From IMG/VR virus record IMGVR_UViG_3300034107_000243: 15,140 nucleotides of DNA; one strand, written 5' to 3'. A model generated the notes under the pieces. It was not told the DNA's origin. It worked only from the letters and a program-made list of their open reading frames with translations, and made no database searches. Of this stretch, positions 13,609 through 15,140 are shown one piece after another. Both the position numbers and the translations under genes were made by a program. This DNA comes from a virus. Every line of letters starts with the position of its first letter. Position 1 is the first letter of the stretch.

Positions 13609-14249
13609 GGGTCGTCTTCGACGGGGCCCTTCGACCTCGAGGCCGGCGGGGTCGCCGACTTGAGCAGCGCGTCAATGATGACCGAGGCTTGAGCCTTGCT
13701 GAGTGCGCCAAGGCCCTCGACTGGCAGCTCGAACCCGAGCGACTGCGAGCAGTAGTCGGCTAGGACGGCTTCGTTTATGTGCTGTTTCGACATCGTCGAC
13801 CGCAGCAGGCCGATTTGTTTCGGGGTCGCCGGTGTGGCGCCTTCCTGCCGGTGGCCTCCCGAGGGTGTCCGGTAGGAGCCCATCTCGGCAGACTTCGCCT
13901 GCACCGGGTCGGCCTGTGCTGCCTGTGCCGAGCGGACTTCATTCGCCGAGGCGATGCCTTTGTGGACTGCGATGCCGATACTCGAGCAGGCTCTGCCCCA
14001 TGCGCTGGTTTCGCCGTTCATGAGTTCCGAGCCCTTCGTGTAGGGCGTGCGTCCCGGGATCGGCTCCCAAGCGTGACCGATGCCAGGTCGTGCGTCCTCA
14101 GGCGACCTGTAGGCGTAGGCCTTCACAACGAGCCACTGTTCGCCGTCGCGCATGACGTAGTCCCATTCCGACTGCAGTGAGCCGGTCGGATAGAGCTCGA
14201 TGAATTGCCTGATGCGTTCTGAGACTTCGACGTAATCCTCACGCGCCAT
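13593..14249 (-). CDS. Putative ssDNA-annealing / ssDNA-binding protein (ERF/Rad52-like core), 218 aa
   Basis: The start is taken at the ATG at 14249 (MAREDYVEV...), preceded by GGGGTGAG. The core ...WLVVKAYAY...GETSAWGRACSSIGIAVHKGIAS resembles the ERF-type GxTSYARKYxLxGLFGI segment. The assignment is by eye only. Confidence 0.45.
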   Translation of the reverse strand: MAREDYVEVSERIRQFIELYPTGSLQSEWDYVMRDGEQWLVVKAYAYRSPEDARPGIGHAWEPIPGRTPYTKGSELMNGETSAWGRACSSIGIAVHKGIASANEVRSAQAAQADPVQAKSAEMGSYRTPSGGHRQEGATPATPKQIGLLRSTMSKQHINEAVLADYCSQSLGFELPVEGLGALSKAQASVIIDALLKSATPPASRSKGPVEDDPWVTS

Positions 14250-14541
14250 CGTTCTCACCCCAAAGCACCATAGCGAGGTTGGCCGCTTTGATTGTCTGTG
14301 AGTGCACGGGTCCCCAGCACGCTGCACACTCCTGCTCGAGCGTGACTGCAAGGGCTCGGGCGCGGTCGCGCTCGTCTCGTAGTGCTGCGCCCTTGTGGGC
14401 GAGGCTTGTCGCCATTGCTTGGTATTCCCTCATGATCCCCGTTAGGCGGTTATTGCTGTCCGACAACGTGTTGATGACGCCGAGCAGGTCTGCGACGGTT
14501 AGATCAATTTCTTCCTCATTCGGGCGGTTCATTTCGTACAT
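14239..14541 (-). CDS. Hypothetical helical protein, 100 aa (MYEMNRPNEEEIDL...)
   Basis: The ATG at 14541 is preceded by a strong SD, AGGAAGGGGAAACC. The ORF-track extension to 14658 runs through the repeat array and is rejected. Confidence 0.6.
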   Translation of the reverse strand: MYEMNRPNEEEIDLTVADLLGVINTLSDSNNRLTGIMREYQAMATSLAHKGAALRDERDRARALAVTLEQECAACWGPVHSQTIKAANLAMVLWGENDGA

Positions 14542-14554
14542 GGTTTCCCCTTCC

Positions 14555-14763
14555 TGTCTACCTCTATACAGTTTGTTGTCTAGTGGTAGATATCTAGTGC
14601 TAGACACGGTTGTGTCTAGCGGTATACGGATTCTGTCTAGTGCTGTGCAAGGTTCCATGACGGAAACCTGTCTAGTGTTGTGCAGTTTGTGTCTAGTGCT
14701 AGATATCTAGACGTAGACAATCGCTTGTCTAGGCCTATACATGATCTTGTCTAGTGGTAGACG
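14555..14763. promoter_or_regulatory. Array of ten 16-bp dyad sites TGTCTA-N4-TAGACA-like (operator or iteron array) in the main intergenic region
   Basis: Sites start at 14555, 14577, 14591, 14613, 14634, 14669, 14690, 14704, 14726 and 14748. Eight direct TGTCTA(G/C) cores are spaced 21-22 or 35-36 bp apart. A 52-bp submodule (14577-14628) is repeated at 14690-14741. The region is locally AT-richer. Confidence 0.85.
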
Positions 14764-14890
14764 GCTCCACGGATTCCGTCTTCAGGTAGGCCAGCCTCAG
14801 GGATTGCAGTTGGGCGATTACCTCGAGGCGTGCGTCCCATGTGAGCAGCGCAAACTCCCGAGGGCTCGGCAGTCGCTTGGGCGCCCTCAC
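14735..14890 (-). CDS. Hypothetical small protein, 51 aa (GTG start)
   Basis: The GTG at 14890 overlaps the upstream TGA as GTGA. Moderate G/C bias at third codon positions. The 3' end runs into dyad sites 14726 and 14748. Weak call. Confidence 0.35.
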   Translation of the reverse strand: MRAPKRLPSPREFALLTWDARLEVIAQLQSLRLAYLKTESVEPSTTRQDHV

Positions 14891-15111
14891 TGCTGATTCC
14901 TGACGTACTCGGCGTAGGCCGTGTAAGCCCACTGATACGCGGCCACGCCCTTCAGCCCGTGCTCGTCGCGGGCCTCGATCAGATAGCCCGTGTATGTCGG
15001 CTCGGGCTCCTGATGCTGGTGCCTGTAGTGAATGGCGAACGCTGTCGCGCCACCGTGGCCGTTAGCGGCGCACAGTGTGCAGCGCCACGAATACGTCGCT
15101 GGTTCTAGCAT
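14887..15111 (-). CDS. Small Cys/His protein with a C2H2-like zinc-finger pattern, 74 aa (alternative GTG start at 15138)
   Basis: The pattern is CTLC-x13-H-x2-H-x-H (RCTLCAANGHGGATAFAIHYRHQH). The ATG at 15111 is preceded by GAAGG and overlaps the SLT-like gene stop (the equivalent of 92-94) by 7 nt once the circle is closed. Confidence 0.5.
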   Translation of the reverse strand: MLEPATYSWRCTLCAANGHGGATAFAIHYRHQHQEPEPTYTGYLIEARDEHGLKGVAAYQWAYTAYAEYVRNQQ

Positions 15112-15140
15112 GGGTACGCCTTCACATATTGGACCCACAC
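15014..15140. repeat. Right copy of the exact 127-bp terminal overlap
   Basis: Identical to 1-127. Confidence 0.95.

Larger units (their letters stand above)
1..15013 (-). mobile_element. Complete circularly closed small tailed-phage genome (unique length 15,013 bp) with an HK97-type siphovirus-like structural module; all genes on the minus strand
   Basis: Exact 127-bp identity of 1-127 and 15014-15140. Contiguous minus-strand terminase, portal, protease-capsid, neck, tail, tape measure, fibre and lysis modules. The gene cut at the window edge is completed across the junction. Confidence 0.8.

Noticed and set aside
14542-14658. N-terminal extension of the 139-aa ORF (MEPCTALDRIRIPLDTTVSS...) through the repeat array
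   Set aside because: The extension is translated from the dyad repeats and has poor coding bias. The internal ATG at 14541 has a strong SD (AGGAAGGGGAAACC). The N-terminal extensions of the 252-aa ORF (to 14351) and the 119-aa ORF (to 2259) were rejected for similar reasons.
14555-14763. Possible CRISPR array
   Set aside because: The repeats are only about 16 bp, are themselves dyad-symmetric, and are separated by 5-20 bp or overlap. There is no spacer-sized unique sequence and no cas genes. An operator or iteron array is the better description.

Overview
The window is a complete, circularly closed, GC-rich small tailed-phage genome. Bases 1-127 recur exactly at 15014-15140, so the unique unit is 15,013 bp. 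All of the roughly 26 genes I can support lie on the minus strand, tightly packed, with nine 4-nt ATGA/GTGA start-stop overlaps. In transcription order (high to low coordinates) the layout is as follows. A 210-bp intergenic array of ten 16-bp dyad sites (TGTCTA-N4-TAGACA) comes first. Next is a minimal DNA-metabolism module: a 100-aa protein, an ERF/Rad52-like annealing protein candidate, a Cys-rich zinc-ribbon protein and an HTH_36-like winged-helix protein. Three GC-clamped dyads (GTGACA-YGGG-TGTCAC) follow. The structural genes are an HNH-large terminase fusion, portal, HK97 prohead protease-major capsid fusion, two neck proteins, major tail protein, a tail chaperone with a predicted -1 frameshift, an HK97 gp10-like protein, tape measure, a Dit-like tail protein and a glycine-rich fibre. 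The lysis cassette encodes a LAS/M15-like peptidase and two small membrane proteins. A 60-aa gene ends at a strong intrinsic terminator. A last short operon, completed across the circular junction, encodes an Xis/MerR-type HTH, an SLT-like transglycosylase and two small proteins. I recognise no polymerase, primase, helicase, integrase, canonical small terminase, tRNA or CRISPR. The long plus-strand ORFs look like antisense artefacts of high GC. Function calls rest on motif recognition by eye, not database searches. The most interesting items are the two dyad-site arrays, the frameshift signal, an internal SD-ATG inside the protease-capsid fusion, the HNH-terminase fusion and the unusually small gene set.
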